A stretch of 63,701 bases of DNA, counting the filler, from Sphacelaria rigidula (Eukaryota): the NCBI GenBank assembly GCA_964200075.2. It is 11 parts of 11 records of this genome, joined end to end, with 100 filler letters (N's around TTAATTAATTAA, not from the genome) between each part and the next. Parts side by side here need not be neighbours in the genome. Positions count along the whole stretch, not along the records: positions 46,402 to 52,101 come from CAXNAA020025148.1; positions 52,202 to 57,901 come from CAXNAA020025149.1; positions 58,002 to 63,701 come from CAXNAA020025150.1; 8 more parts are not named here. The stretch is one strand, 5' to 3'. Within the stretch, counting starts at the first letter, position 1, and the number at the start of each line of letters is the position of its first letter. Shown one piece after another: positions 48,820 through 61,289 of the stretch. Below the pieces are notes generated by a model. The model ran no database searches and was not told the origin of the DNA. It was given only the letters and a program-made list of their open reading frames with translations. Both the position numbers and the translations under genes were made by a program.

Positions 48820-51800
48820 CTCCCCCCGACCGCCGCCCGACTGGGGTTGGTTGCGTCGGGGTAGGCCACCCCCATTGACAATACAACCAATAAGTAGGGA
48901 AGAGTATCTCGGCCTACTGGCTTGCCTGTGTTTCGTGTCTGTGGTGAGGCAACACACACAGTCTAGGTAGTGGGTCATGCAGACATTGCTGACGTCCAGG
49001 CGCCTCGGAGTTCTACCACGGAGAGCACTTTGATGGAGACGAGGCACGTGTGAGAAGTACCAGTTTCGGCGGACTGGAGATAGCGACCGACGTGGGATGG
49101 GAAGGCTGCACCCTCGCTGCGAGACCAACAAGCAAGGCAAGTACCGTGACAGACGTGCCAAAGAAAAATCGGGACAGAAAGAGGCTCGCCCGTAAAACTG
49201 GAAGGCGGAGCAGACCAAGAAGGGGAGCAGAGCAAAGAGGAAGACGCGTAAATATAGAGAAGGCTAGAGCTACGTCGCGTACTGGGTAGCTCAAAGTGGC
49301 GACCTAGAACGTCCGTACACTGTCCCTCGCGGGAAAGAACGGAGTTGGCCATGCTGGAGTGGTCCTGCAAAACTTTCAGGCGGTCAGATGGGACGTCATA
49401 GGACTACAGGAAACGAGGAGACCAGGTCGCCCCGAATCTTGCGCGGCGGGATATCGTGTTTTCTGTTGCGGGGCGGAGGGGGAAAGGGAAGGGCTGGACA
49501 ACTGCGGTTGGGTTGGCGGTCAAGGAGTTGATCATCAGCAAGGCGACGTGGACTCAGGCACTCATCAGCAAACGCCTCATGTCGATGACTTTCAACCTAG
49601 CGGGTAAATTAAATGCCGGTACGTTTCAAGTTGCATGTGCCCCTACAGACACTCCACAGTCAAGAAAAGATAGAGACGTGTTCCGAACTGAGTTAGACAG
49701 CATTGTGAACCGTATCCCCCATAAACATCACCTGTTTATTAACTGACACAAACGCAAGGACTAGGGTACGAACAGGCGAGGAGGAACAGAAAATTGTAGG
49801 AGAATACAGCCGGGACTCCGGATCCAACCACAGTGACGGCATCTCTCCATTGCAATTTGCAGACGATAACAGGCTTACCCTCGTCAACGCATTTTTTTTG
49901 TCACCCCCATGGAAAACACCTCGCGTACGTTCAACGGTGTTGCGAATCGCCCCGTGGCCAAGAAACGCGTTGACTACATCCTCACACGGCAAGATTACCG
50001 CAGGGTTGATCAAAATGCCACCGTCCACCTTCAACCCCCGAACTCGCCTGACTCTGACCATAACATCGTTTGCGCCTCAATGCTGCTCCTCGGTCGCATC
50101 GCACACAACAGACCTTGACGAATCCCAATTGGGCGTACACCGATCGATAGACGGGCAAAAATATCTGACCCCGACAGACGTGAACAGCTCACCCAGCTTG
50201 TCATCAGCGAGCTCAAACAGAGTATACCTGACGATACAGCTAGCTCACTGGCTACGAACTTTGCCGACATACTCTTGAGTGCCGCTGAAAAGGTGGTACC
50301 CGGTCTGACCCGAAAGCCACGTGTACCGGGATGATTCGAGGATGCTGTCATCCGAACGGAGTCTGAACAGGCCTCGGGTGAGAGGGGCAGGGCGAGATCG
50401 GCGGTGCGGCTGGCACCATCACGAGATAAACCGGGATGTCGCACATTGAGAACAATGTGCAAAAAGGCGAAATAGGTTATCCAAGCTGGGGTGGACAAAT
50501 ATATAGATGTATATGCCAGAGAGTTGAAGGAGTATACTCGAGCGGGGGGCATGAGAGAATGGTACAGACATCTCAACGGAGAGCGGAGATTGTCTGGACG
50601 ACCAATCGAGAGTGAGCAGTACATTGGAGATCAGGACGGCAATATATTGCGGGACAAAGGTTTGACGAGTGAGAGACGGGAATGGTACTTTTCCATATTG
50701 CTGAACGCCATATCGGCAACTATCGACCGAACTGTTATCGAGGAGATTGCACAACAGTCGATAGCGCTGTCACTAGGAGACCCGCCAAGCCCAAGTGGAA
50801 CTGAGGAAGCTCTGAGAGCTATGTCTAATGGCAAAGAAACGAATCTGGATGGTCTACCTGCTGAAATCCCGAAGCCTGGACTGAACGGGGAGGCGTCGGA
50901 GATTCTGTTCCACTTCCACAGCATTGTCTCTGCGGCTGGGACATCTGGCGAGGTGCCGCAAGAATGGAAAGATTTCACTTTCAAAGTGCTGCACAAAATA
51001 AAAGATAGGACTGACTGTCGTAACTACAGAAGCATTTGTTTTACTTATGGCACATGCTGCTAAAGTTCTCCTCATAATCGTAGCCAGCAGGCTCGGTAGT
51101 TTCTCTGAGGAAACAGATGTCTTCCCAGAAAAGCAGTACGGATTTAGGCGTCAACGATCGTCCACAGACATGGTGTTCGTAGTACGCCGAATTCAGGAGT
51201 TGGGACGGGCGAGCAACGTCTCACTAAACATGTGCTCTATCGATCTGCAGGAAGCCTACGACATCCGTAGACCCCACGCTCCTGTCGGAAGTGCTTGCCC
51301 GATTCGGAGTCCCGCCGCGGATGATTCCGATCATCCGTATGTTTCACGACGGCGTGCATACTCGGCTTCAGCTAGATGGTGGCAAACTATCAGCGTGCTT
51401 TCGCATCTGCGAGGGGCTCAGACAAGGTTGCGTTTCGTGCTCGCTGTTATTCAACATATTCGGAGCAGCCTTGGTCGACGTGATCGTTCAGCGGTTCGTC
51501 GCGGACCCGGCCATAGTTTCAGACCTAGGTTTTCTAGATGACGCGCCAAAATGTGACGGTGGTGAGCCCGTGGAAGAGACACCGCCGGAAAAGGTGCGAC
51601 GCACGATGTGCGCAACGCTTTATGCGGACGACGCCGGGACAGTCTCGAGGACCTCAGAAGGCCTTGCTCGAATGATAGCCGTGATAGTGGTGGCCTGCCG
51701 GGAATTCGGCCTGATTATCTCCGCGAGCAAAACAGAGTCCATGCGCCCTATTGCCCAGTCCCACGGAGGCCACCCTGCATATCAAAGCTGCCGGTTACCG

Positions 51801-52013
51801 GCATAAGCAGACGGTAAGTTCGTCCACCTTGGGGATGCTGTCATAGCGGACGCGAAAATGTCCATCGAAATCCATTGCCGTATCAGCGCAGCGGGGGCGC
51901 GTACCCGAGAATATAGCTCCCAACTCTACGATCGACCCAACGCCTAGCTATCCTTGAAAGTCCGGCTGCTTAAAGCGGGGGTGGTGGAAGCTCTGTTGTA
52001 TGGATGTGCCACA
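48820..52013 (+). mobile_element. RTE-clade LINE, near full length, heavily disrupted
   Basis: DVIGLQETRR, RVDYIL, SDHNIV (APE); VPQEWKD, QYGFR..RS, IDLQEAYD, GLRQGC, LYADD (RT); EALLYGC. Many stops and frameshifts. Confidence 0.93.
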
Positions 52014-52101
52014 TTTTTTTTTTTTCTCACACTTTGAACCCCTCCCCTTCCTCGGGATGAGTCCGTGGTCTCAAGGATCAACCCATCCTTCCCCCCGTCC
52101 G
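52014..52101 (-). mobile_element. SINE 3' end inserted antisense into the LINE
   Basis: T-run plus CACACTTTGAACCCCTCCCCTTCCTCGGGATGAGTCCGTGGTCTCAAGG directly after EALLYGCAT. Confidence 0.8.
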
Positions 52102-52428
52102 NNNNNNNNNNNNNNNNNNNNNNNNNNNNNNNNNNNNNNNNNNNNTTAATTAATTAANNNNNNNNNNNNNNNNNNNNNNNNNNNNNNNNNNNNNNNNNNN
52201 NTTTCCCGCGGAAAATCCCCAAACACACTGGTTGGGTGGGGGGGCGGCCTCCCGCCCCCGCCCGTCGGGGGGGGGCCCCCCCCCCCCCCCCCCCCCCCGA
52301 GATCTGGAAACCCCCGGATATCTCGGGACTATCGGCCAGTACAACTGTTCCAAGGCGATGCTCGCTGTCTCAGGGTTAACACAGGGTGGTCAACCCTGTA
52401 TTATTGTGGGGTCGGTCCCAGAAGGGTT

Positions 52429-52510
52429 AAAAAAAAAACGCATGGAGGAATCGAACCCACATTATCTTCACCCTAATGGTAACCGTCGGGCCATTAGCCC
52501 ACCGTAACGC
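52429..52510 (-). mobile_element. tRNA-derived SINE head / tRNA-like pseudogene
   Basis: Minus strand has A-box TGGGCTAATGG and B-box GGTTCGATTCC, then a T-run. Similar to 54140-54207; no canonical cloverleaf. Confidence 0.55.
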
Positions 52511-52748
52511 GGCGGCATACACCGGGTAATATCGACACCAGCAGATGCCGCAGCGGCACCACCAACTAGACCTGCTAGATCGAAGAACTCCGTTCATGTA
52601 GCAAGAGCAGTCGGATACGGCACTCCATATCTTGCCGCGTCCCTGAGACAGTACACCACACTGCTGTACAGTAAGCGCACGGTCGTTGTATCTAGACAGC
52701 ACTGTAACACATGCTGCAGCTGCTGGCTGAGGCTATTTTTGTACTCAC

Positions 52749-52814
52749 TTGGCAGTAGAAGCAATCGAGATCTGCGTGAACGATCACTCGACCGTGTACA
52801 CCATGAAGGTCCAT
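52749..52814 (-). CDS. POLI: First exon of a Y-family DNA polymerase, Pol iota-like
   Basis: MDLHGVHGRVIVHADLDCFYCQ followed by CAA|GTGAGT. The Y-family motif I is closest to the iota type RVIVHxDLDCFYAQV; the subfamily call rests on only 22 aa. Confidence 0.7.
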
Positions 52815-53919
52815 TGATCCACCTCTTCGCAAGATATCATCTAGTGGGCCCCTGTGATATTGTACTAGTGTACTACCATGTTTCACGGTGGGACGGCTGG
52901 GTTGTTCAATAGCGATGCCTTGATGGTATCCTTTCGTCCATCGTACAGCTTCTCGGTCCCGCGGTCACAGGGCAATCCTTGTTTTCTGCGAACAAATGAA
53001 CACGGGTGTTTTTCGAAGTCAGTGGATCATGGCAGGCGGTAATTGTGCGGATAATCTAGAGTCGGTTCATCACAATAATGTTCCCCCCGCGAACTTCGAG
53101 TAAGACGTGGTTCATTTTTGTAAACGCTGAAGAAACGAGAAGCAATAAGGTACCGACTCCTCCCCCCCGACTCAACAAGGTTTCTCAGGGGTGGTCTTGA
53201 GACGCCCATCATGTGTACTCTCGAGGTCCTCACTTCACACATACATACATCCGTACTTCCACATGACCATATTTTGAGGACTTATGTGTTGCTTTTCGTT
53301 TGACTCCTGGTGAGGCTTGCGCCTGTTTTTCAGAGAGTCTTCCACGAATATGAAAATGTTACTTTTATCGATGTCACGGGTCTCACTTAACAACGTGGAC
53401 CAGCCAAACTCATGTCATCACCGGCAACAGTGTTGTAGGGAGGGTAAGAGGCGCCCTTCTCGCGCCAACAATACATGAATATGGTACATGTTTGATTACC
53501 TATGCATGCATCAGAAACGTGCCGTGGTGTAGCTTACAAACGTCTCAAAAGTACCCAACCAGACATTCATCGTGGGAGGGTTCATCCGTTGACCCTAGCA
53601 AGGTCTTATTCGACCTGTGAACCGGATCCACGAGCAGCTCAAACACTTGAGCGGACGAGCGTAGTGTTCGGCGTTTTCAGCTCCAATTGTCACACCAGGG
53701 TGTTCTGCGATCAGGGTGCCGGGGATTGAAGGCGCGGAAAGCCGACGTCAGAGGATATTTTCTAGGGCGCAGAAATCACGGAACCCTGCTTTAATGGTGT
53801 GGTACTGCCGACATGTATGTCGTCCGTTGCATTCCCCGTGATCTGTGTGGCGCCAGCGCGCATGTAGAGGCGGCCACGAACGTGTACTAGTCATTTGTTG
53901 CTGTTTTTGTTCTTGTTTG

Positions 53920-54207
53920 TCGCACTTTGAACCCCTCCCCTTCCTCGGGACGAGTCCATGGTCTCAAGGGATCAAATCCTCTCTCCCCGGTACACGCCTT
54001 GTATTTTGGTCTCGCAGATTGGGTCTGCACTCCCGCACCGCGTTAACTCACGTCAAACGAACTCAGTCAACTACCTTGTTTACTCACGTTCTCACGCTTT
54101 CCACGGTGAAAATTAGACATGACGAAGCAAAAATCCAACGCATCGGGAATCGAAACCTCGTTCTCTCCACCCTCATGGCGACAGTCGGACCATTACACCA
54201 CCAGGGC
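53920..54207 (-). mobile_element. tRNA-derived SINE, full-length copy (~290 bp)
   Basis: Minus-strand head with A-box TGGTGTAATGG and B-box GGTTTCGATTCCC. The body is shared with three other copies. Confidence 0.8.
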
Positions 54208-54569
54208 GCGGCGGCTTCAAGCCATGTAGGGTCATAACATTCAACCAGCGAAGTAGCAGGAGTCTACGAAGTGGACACCAGTTGACCGAGCGATTGCGAC
54301 CAAAACTCGACTAAATAAATGCATCAACACTTGTACACGTCAATCAGAAGCTACATACTAATCGAACGATCTTGATGCTTCCTCGCGTTAGCAAACAATA
54401 ACCGCCCCGTGACACGCCAATTGAAGATCAAACCACGTCGTCACTTCCCCACCCTAGACAGCCGTTGTTATATCACTGTGTCCCTTCAACCTCAAGACAC
54501 TGCTCGAACTGCAACACGACTGGATAAGCCTCTTGACCCTAAATTACGGGAGAAGCAAAACGTGGTATA

Positions 54570-54843
54570 CTATTCTTCGTCTTCTTCTTCAATCCCATCA
54601 ACTCGGAGCTCCGCTAGTGCCAGATCCAAATCCCGTTCCCTTGTGAACACTAGGGAACCTTCTTTGTTATCCCCTTTTCTCTTTGCATCGTGAGTAGTAA
54701 AAACTAATGCATTTCGCCCCACGAACGCCACCGACACATCAACCACGCGGTCCAACTCCCCGGTGGAAGACGAACCTGTCTTCTTTCCAGTTCCATCTAT
54801 CATGGATGTGTAACGAATTTTTAACTCGTCCGGACTCGCTGAT
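54570..54843 (-). CDS. PAP-fibrillin-like protein, terminal exon
   Basis: GGCAG acceptor, phase 2. Reads SASPDELKIRYTSMIDGTGKK...LVFTRERDLDLALAELRVDGIEEEDEE*. Confidence 0.75.
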
Positions 54844-55236
54844 CTGCCGTCCGAAAATGAGGGGCATGCGACGGGCGCGTGGCAGTGGCAAAAGGAACAA
54901 GATGAACAAGCGAAACGGGAGGGCAGCTACTGTAGCAAGGATTCCTGCCACATTTGCTTTGGGAATTACCATGGATATGAAGAGGACGATTCCTCGCAGA
55001 CGCATGAGGGCTGGCGTTTAACTCGACACAAGAAAATCTGCTGAGAATGTCGCCACCTCACTCCGACTGGTACGGCGTGCAAACATCGTCAAATGTCTAG
55101 CGTTCCGCGTTCACAAAATTTCACAATGTTACTTTGAATGCTGAGCTTGAGCTACACTGGGTAGTGTGCACTGAGTCCTCGAGATATCTCGGTCTTCAAC
55201 TACCTACACCCACATGTCGCATTGCGAAATACTCAC

Positions 55237-55279
55237 ATGCATTGCCCATCCAAAGTGTTGCGGACGTTCGGAAATGGAC
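55237..55279 (-). CDS. PAP-fibrillin-like protein, internal exon (43 bp)
   Basis: TCGCAG|...|GTGAGT. Reads GPFPNVRNTLDGQC; phases 1/2 match the neighbouring exons. Confidence 0.8.
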
Positions 55280-55589
55280 CTGCGAACAGAGCATACAGCA
55301 TGAGAGGACAAGGACATGTCGGTGGTACCGAGCGTACGCGTATGTGCGGGTTATCAGCTGCTGCATTACCTAGGAAATGAAAGCCCACGCAAAGTGCATC
55401 CTGCGCTGGAACCTCATGTGCAATGCCAAATTATAAGCGAATATCTGCATGTTGTCGACGAGATCAAGGAGGGGCCGCGCCAATGTTATGAGGTTCTCCC
55501 TCCGCGAACATCGAGAATACCAGCATCTCAGCGTCCCCCTGGTTTTCGCTACGGTAGACAACGCCTGAGTAACCTGCTTGAGTGAGACC

Positions 55590-55795
55590 TTTTTTTTCGG
55601 CACATTTTTAACCCCGCCCCTTCCTCCAGACGACTTCGTAGTCTCAAGGCATCAACTCATCTTTCCCCCGGTACACGCCGAAGATTTTGGTATCACGGGT
55701 TGGATCAACACTCCCGCACCGCGTGGACTCTCGCCAAATAAACTCAAACACACTATTGTTACTCTCAAATCCTCACGCCTCCAACGACGGAAATC
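55590..55795 (-). mobile_element. Diverged SINE copy in an intron
   Basis: T-run plus CCCCTTCCTC...GTCTCAAGG...CCCCGGTACACGCC...CACTCCCGCACCGCGT. Confidence 0.7.
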
Positions 55796-55996
55796 ACATC
55801 ACTCGCAGGACGAATCCCCAGTAAACGCATCTGGCGGATATGCGCGCATTAATCCGACATCGAGACCCAACCGTCCCGAGTAAACACCACGTTTGGAGGT
55901 CTGAGACCGCTCAGAGTTTCAATCCATGACGAGTGTCTAGAAGCACTGTTTTGACATAACGCACGGCCAATCACAACGTATGCTAGAAGTGCTTAC

Positions 55997-56069
55997 CCAG
56001 GACCCGCAGCACCTCAATGGCCCGTACTTTTCGCGATGAGCTACCCCCGGACATGGTCAGGAAGAAGTC
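55997..56069 (-). CDS. PAP-fibrillin-like protein, internal exon (73 bp)
   Basis: GGCAG|...|GTAAGC. Reads DFFLTMSGGSSSRKVRAIEVLRVL; phases 0/1. Confidence 0.8.
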
Positions 56070-56578
56070 CTGCCAGGTGCAGCAAAAGACGAATTAAGCA
56101 GCGAGAAATACAGGCGTGGCACAGTCAAAGATGAAACAATGCCGAGACGTCGAGGCCCATTTCCGATAGGTCATAGGTGCCAGTTACGTTTACGGAATGA
56201 GTAACCACCAGCTCAAACCAATCCTCTGCATTTCGGGTTACCTCTTTCCTATGCGCTGAAAATGCGCCAAGGCATCGCAATTCGAATGTCGACAGACGTG
56301 CGAGGATTTCTGTAGGTGTCGACAGCTCAGCACAAGTCTCGAGGCAACGGTCCATGCATACATGTGTGAAATACGTGTTCATACGCTTGTGGGGGTTGTT
56401 CCTTGATGTGAGGCACTCTCCACAAGTTCCGTTCAGGGCAGTGTATAGACTGTTCGTTGTTGGCCCTGACTGCCAGTGTTACGCTCTCAGAGTGTCCAGC
56501 CGGCAGCTGGGGCATGGAAACTGGGGCGATATCTTTTTGCAGGAGTATATTGCTCACACTTTTTTATTTCCCTCTTGC

Positions 56579-56866
56579 CTGCATCCTCGTCAACGGCAGC
56601 TTGTGCAAACCAGTGCCAACCGCGCACAATGCATCGTCGTCGCTCGCAAACACCAATCGCCAGTCGGTATTCAAATCGTAACTTTGAGCGGGTCTCAACG
56701 TGGTCGATAGTGAACGAAGATTTTCGATGACTGCCGAGATCGCCGCCATATTTCGCTCTGATTCAACGCACTTGTCCAGCAAGCCGTCGGCGATGTCGTC
56801 TGCTTCAGCCTGAACAGCACTGAGCTTCGCGCGGCTGCCTCCTTCCTTCAGAGCTTCTTTCTCCAA
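56579..56866 (-). CDS. PAP-fibrillin-like (plastid lipid-associated) protein, internal exon
   Basis: ISAVIENL...DLNTDWRLVFAS resembles the fibrillin L-x-G-x-W-x-L-x-(Y/F) motif. GCGCAG acceptor; CAG|GCAAGA (GC) donor. Confidence 0.75.
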
Positions 56867-57099
56867 CTGCGCACGTTCGAACAATAGGGGGAATATGGCG
56901 CTGCGTACGTTTAGTATTATACTGCGTACCTCTCCTATACAATATATTTCGAGGAGGAACGAGCAGTGAGTAAAGTTTAGGTACAACACACGACTGCAGC
57001 GCACTTTGTAATCTCCTACAAGCGGCGAGAAGTTTTTCGCGGTTGTGCGATGGACCTTGCCATGCTACGGTGAAACCGCGAACAACTAGATTTCAGTAT

Positions 57100-57826
57100 A
57101 AAATTGGCGTTTTTGGGCCTTTGCCGTAATCATGAAAATTCAAGCATCAGATTATCGAGTTTGGCCACGAAACTTGGTGGGGCCCTTCCTTGGGTTATGC
57201 AGCGACAGGTGGTCTGCGAAAATGTTGAAAAAAATCGTATATAGTGCCGGTTTCCGGGGTCCCAGGATGGAGACTACTTAGAAAAAACGACGTGGATCCC
57301 GTCGGACCCCCCAAAAAACGGTGAAAAAGTCAAGAAGTAAAAAAACCTCGTCCATCGAAACTTGCGTTATGACCCATAGCATATTTGTGCGAGGTTTCAG
57401 GGTCTAACACCTAATAACTGCTTAAAGGTTTGCGCGTTTGAGCGAGGACGTGAGCGAAAAAACGTGCAAACTCTCAACTACTTGGTTTTAGTGTGAAAAA
57501 GTATTTTTTAGATACATTTCACGTCGAGGCAAAAAACTGTACGAGCTTTTCGAGTTTCTCGACTAAATTTTGTACTGTGTTCCTTGGACTTTTCTGGGAC
57601 GCATCATATTACTCTTTTTTCTTATGAGGCATTCTGTACCGCCTTCCTGGGGGTCTTTATACTGGGACCCCCGGGAGCTGGTAGAGAACGGAGAAAAAAT
57701 GAAATCTTGCCAACGATACCATTTTTAAAAATGGGGCATACATACGTAACAAGGTTTTCGTGAGATTGAGAGTTAGGTGCGGATTGAGAGTGGCTTTGGC
57801 CATTCACTTGAACTTGACCAATTTTT
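57100..57826. mobile_element. Probable non-autonomous DNA element
   Basis: Bounded by AAATTGG...CCAATTT; non-coding; the right part is homologous to 7905-7955. Confidence 0.35.
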
Positions 57827-58038
57827 CATTCCGTGTGCGCTTTTGTTCGTCTCATCACTGCCATGTGCTTACAGCTACACGTTGATATCCTACTCAAGGG
57901 TNNNNNNNNNNNNNNNNNNNNNNNNNNNNNNNNNNNNNNNNNNNNTTAATTAATTAANNNNNNNNNNNNNNNNNNNNNNNNNNNNNNNNNNNNNNNNNNN
58001 NGCAAACTTCAAATCCGCCTCTAGGCTGGCCCAGCTCG

Positions 58039-58127
58039 TAGTACTACGGTGGAGGACCACTTGGGGAGCCCTGATTTGAACTTGACTTTGAACAGGGCTC
58101 CCCACGTGGTCCCCCACCGTAGTACTA
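58039..58127. repeat. ~35-bp-arm hairpin (mini-MITE)
   Basis: TAGTACTACGGTGGAGGACCACTTGGGGAGCCCTG / CAGGGCTCCCCACGTGGTCCCCCACCGTAGTACTA. Confidence 0.85.
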
Positions 58128-60794
58128 GCCTGGCCCGACGCTTGACTTTTAGCGTGCAATGAATTTCGCGACGTGTATCGTTACATGATCAAAAGCGCCA
58201 AGCGTCGTGGCGGAACGTAATTCGGACTTCTTCACCCCGGTAGCAGTAGCAGTAGTATAATAGTGAGGAATAGTGGTCGTGATTTATTGCGTAGATGGCA
58301 CGTATGTTCAGTTGTGCCAGCGGCGGTATAGACGACTGTTTTCGTATTTCCTCGTACAGGGTGCAAACTTCTGCGCGGCGGAAAAAGAACGAAACATGAT
58401 ACAGCTATATGCTCGATTGACTCACCGTGACGTTGTTCGGCTAGCGTCTTGCCAAAATTTCCGGAGAGGAGTCATCGACGGGTACATTGCCGTCGTTGAT
58501 GGATGAAGCACGGGTACCTCCCGCAAGCCTGCTCGACGATCAGCCGTATGGCCTTTGCGATCTGCGATTGATCTGTGACCGTATGACCCGAATAACCTAT
58601 ATCTGTACAATTTTTTCAGCTTGGGACCTGAAGAAACGATCTGTCCTGCACACGTGACGTGATGAATAATCTGTATGACCTGAGTGATTCGTACAAACCT
58701 GCCGTAGGTGGTTTGTATACTCTGTTGACCAGTACATCACCTCCTTGGGCACACCTACGTGATGCGAATCAGGTGTACTCGAAACGTCAACAACAACCTG
58801 TGTATCCTCATAACTCGCAAAAGATACCTCCCTCGTGATCGATGCTACCCGGAACACGAGGACCGTTCCATAACTAGTTGCACTGTGTCGTTCGAATCGT
58901 GTACACAAATGTGTTCACACTCCACCTGCATGACCTGGGTCCCACAGAAAATGATTTGTCCGACGTGTGAAAACTTGGCACATTCGAAACATACACACGA
59001 TGTTTACTCATTATATTTTCATTTCCTCGCATCCCCACGGCAGACGCGTCATTATTTGAAGACTTGAGACCACCAATTCTGACAAGTAAAAGTAACAGTA
59101 GCATAAAAGTGGCAGTAGCACGGATATATTTTAGGTCACGTTCGTCCAGATTCCTTCGTTTTTGACACGTTATGGGACTGATTTTCCGCAGCGATAGTTA
59201 CTACTTTTTCATGTAGGAAAGAAATGTGCCCAGAATGTCGGAAAGTCGAAGTACAGTACGCTCGTTGTTAAAAAAAAGTCGGACGTAATAACGAAATAGC
59301 CTCCCCTTATCTTTGGACTATGCCGCCGTGGGAGCATGGGCGCCTCAGTGCTTATCGGTGCCCTCGTCGACAAAAACAAGGTCGAACATGCAACACACAT
59401 GCATCACACTGCACCGAAAACCATGGACGCACAATAGCAATCAGACTCACGGCGCATGTTGTGCACTAATGAGACATTGACAACAATGCCCCTGTTTGAG
59501 CTGTCCAAGGAGTCATGGGAGATCGCCGGCCAATTTTTGTGCGCAATATGAACTCGAAAATATTGCTGGCGTAACAAGCAGTACACCATGCCAATTACAG
59601 TACGTTCGAAACCCACAGTTGGTCTTCGCAGCCGAATGATATGCTTCCGTCTGTTCCAGTGCTGGCGCCGACGCCGATCGTCGTACAGTTGCTCCCCAAG
59701 TAGTGTATGGATTATAGCAGAAATAAGCCTTGTGGACTTGTAGTCGAGCAGAACTAGGCTCGGAGCTGTCGTTGAGTGTACACTGGAACTATGTGCTGTG
59801 CATCGTCTGTACAGTGACGGAGGAGCTGTCGAGGGCATGCCTATTGCCAGTATCATGAGTATTATGTACCGATTCGAAACAGATGCTGCTTGCGAATGAG
59901 ACGCGTGTACCGAGGTAGGTTGCATTTGGCCCAACCCACGGCTGTGGCATTCGCGAGGGTACCTCAAAGACACTGAAGAATCACCACATGTACAGCTCAG
60001 CACAGCACAGCTTCCGGTAGATCCTGTGTCCATCGCTACTACTGTACAGCGTTTGTAATGCGCTTTTGCTGGGTGCTGATGATTGTGGTGTACGCTTCGA
60101 GTAGACCACTGATGGAGAGAATGTGCAGCATTGAGTGTTTAGTGTGGCTGTGAACTGGATCAGTTAATACTGTCGTTTAAACTGGAGCTGAAATTAAGTT
60201 GGAACTGGCGGTAAGGGCGCCAGTTGTCCAATTATTTGAACTTGCTGTTTCCGGCTGTATTGTATACCAACTTTAGTGTGGGGAAGTTTAACGCTATTCC
60301 AAGGCACTTTTTTTTTATATTTTCGAGTTCAGTACATGAACACTCCACACCCTGTACAATACAGGGTCCACAGTTGCAATAGACAAGAAAATGTAGGGGG
60401 TAAAGTTCAGGCCTATTGCAGCTATTGACGATATATTGTCCAAGGTGTGGAAAACTCATTGACAGCCCGAAGTCTGACAGAGCTGCATAATAGAAAATGA
60501 ACAACATTGGTGAGCTCGTATTTGGGCGGGGGGTGCATGGTAACGCAGGGGACGAGAAAATAGCCACCCCCAGGGTTGCTTTTTACCGTGGACTAAGGAG
60601 TGGTATGCACCGTTTTGACTTTTACCGTGCGAGTGGCAATACGTTCAATGACTTGGAAGTTTTCCCTTACCCAAATGTTAAATGTACCCACCCCCGAAAA
60701 AACTATTGTCACCCAGGTGGTATCTACCCTTTTGGCCTTTAACGCACGAATGGTGATGCAACTTATCACACGAACACATGGATAGTGCGTGTAA

Positions 60795-61260
60795 GATCAC
60801 TTTGTATGGTGACCAATCTGTATTTGTACAAATCTGAGAATTTCAGACCGTCTCCAGGTGATTTTTCCCCGTGAAATGAATTTTCGGACCCCAGTCCGTT
60901 GGGCAATGTTTCACGGCTAGCTGTGAGAAAACCAGATCAATCCTCTGATTCTCTGGACGTTGACTTTTGGTATGTCACCTTTCTGCTCAAATCGAGACAC
61001 TCGAATATGCGTGTACAAAAAACAGATCGCCCCCCCCCAAATTTGTCCCTTGCGGACACATATTCGGGATTGTCCCGATTTGAAGAGCACGGTGACGAAA
61101 GTCAAAAGTCAATGTCTGGAGAAACAGAGAATGGACCTGGTTTTCTCACATCTATCCGCAGAATATAGCGAACGGACTAGGGCCCGAAAAAATATTACAC
61201 GGGAGAAGATCGCCTCAAGACGGGCTGAAATCCTCAGATTTGTACAAATACGAAGTGATC
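60795..61260. mobile_element. Foldback/palindromic MITE (~465 bp)
   Basis: GTATTTGTACAAATCTGAG... versus ...CTCAGATTTGTACAAATAC. Arms are complementary over ~180 bp. Confidence 0.85.
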
Positions 61261-61289
61261 CCCGTCAAAAATGATGTAAACGATAAATT

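Noticed and set aside
52429..52510. Functional tRNA gene (also 54140-54207 and 8771-8783)
   Set aside because: A and B boxes are present but there is no proper acceptor or anticodon stem. The sequences belong to dispersed SINE-like repeats.
52692..52886. Bacterial dinB/umuC contamination
   Set aside because: Similarity stops exactly at a GTGAGT splice donor, which indicates a eukaryotic exon.
60232..60567. Protein kinase (LSDFGLS)
   Set aside because: The DFG is isolated, with no HRD, APE or other kinase motifs in frame.
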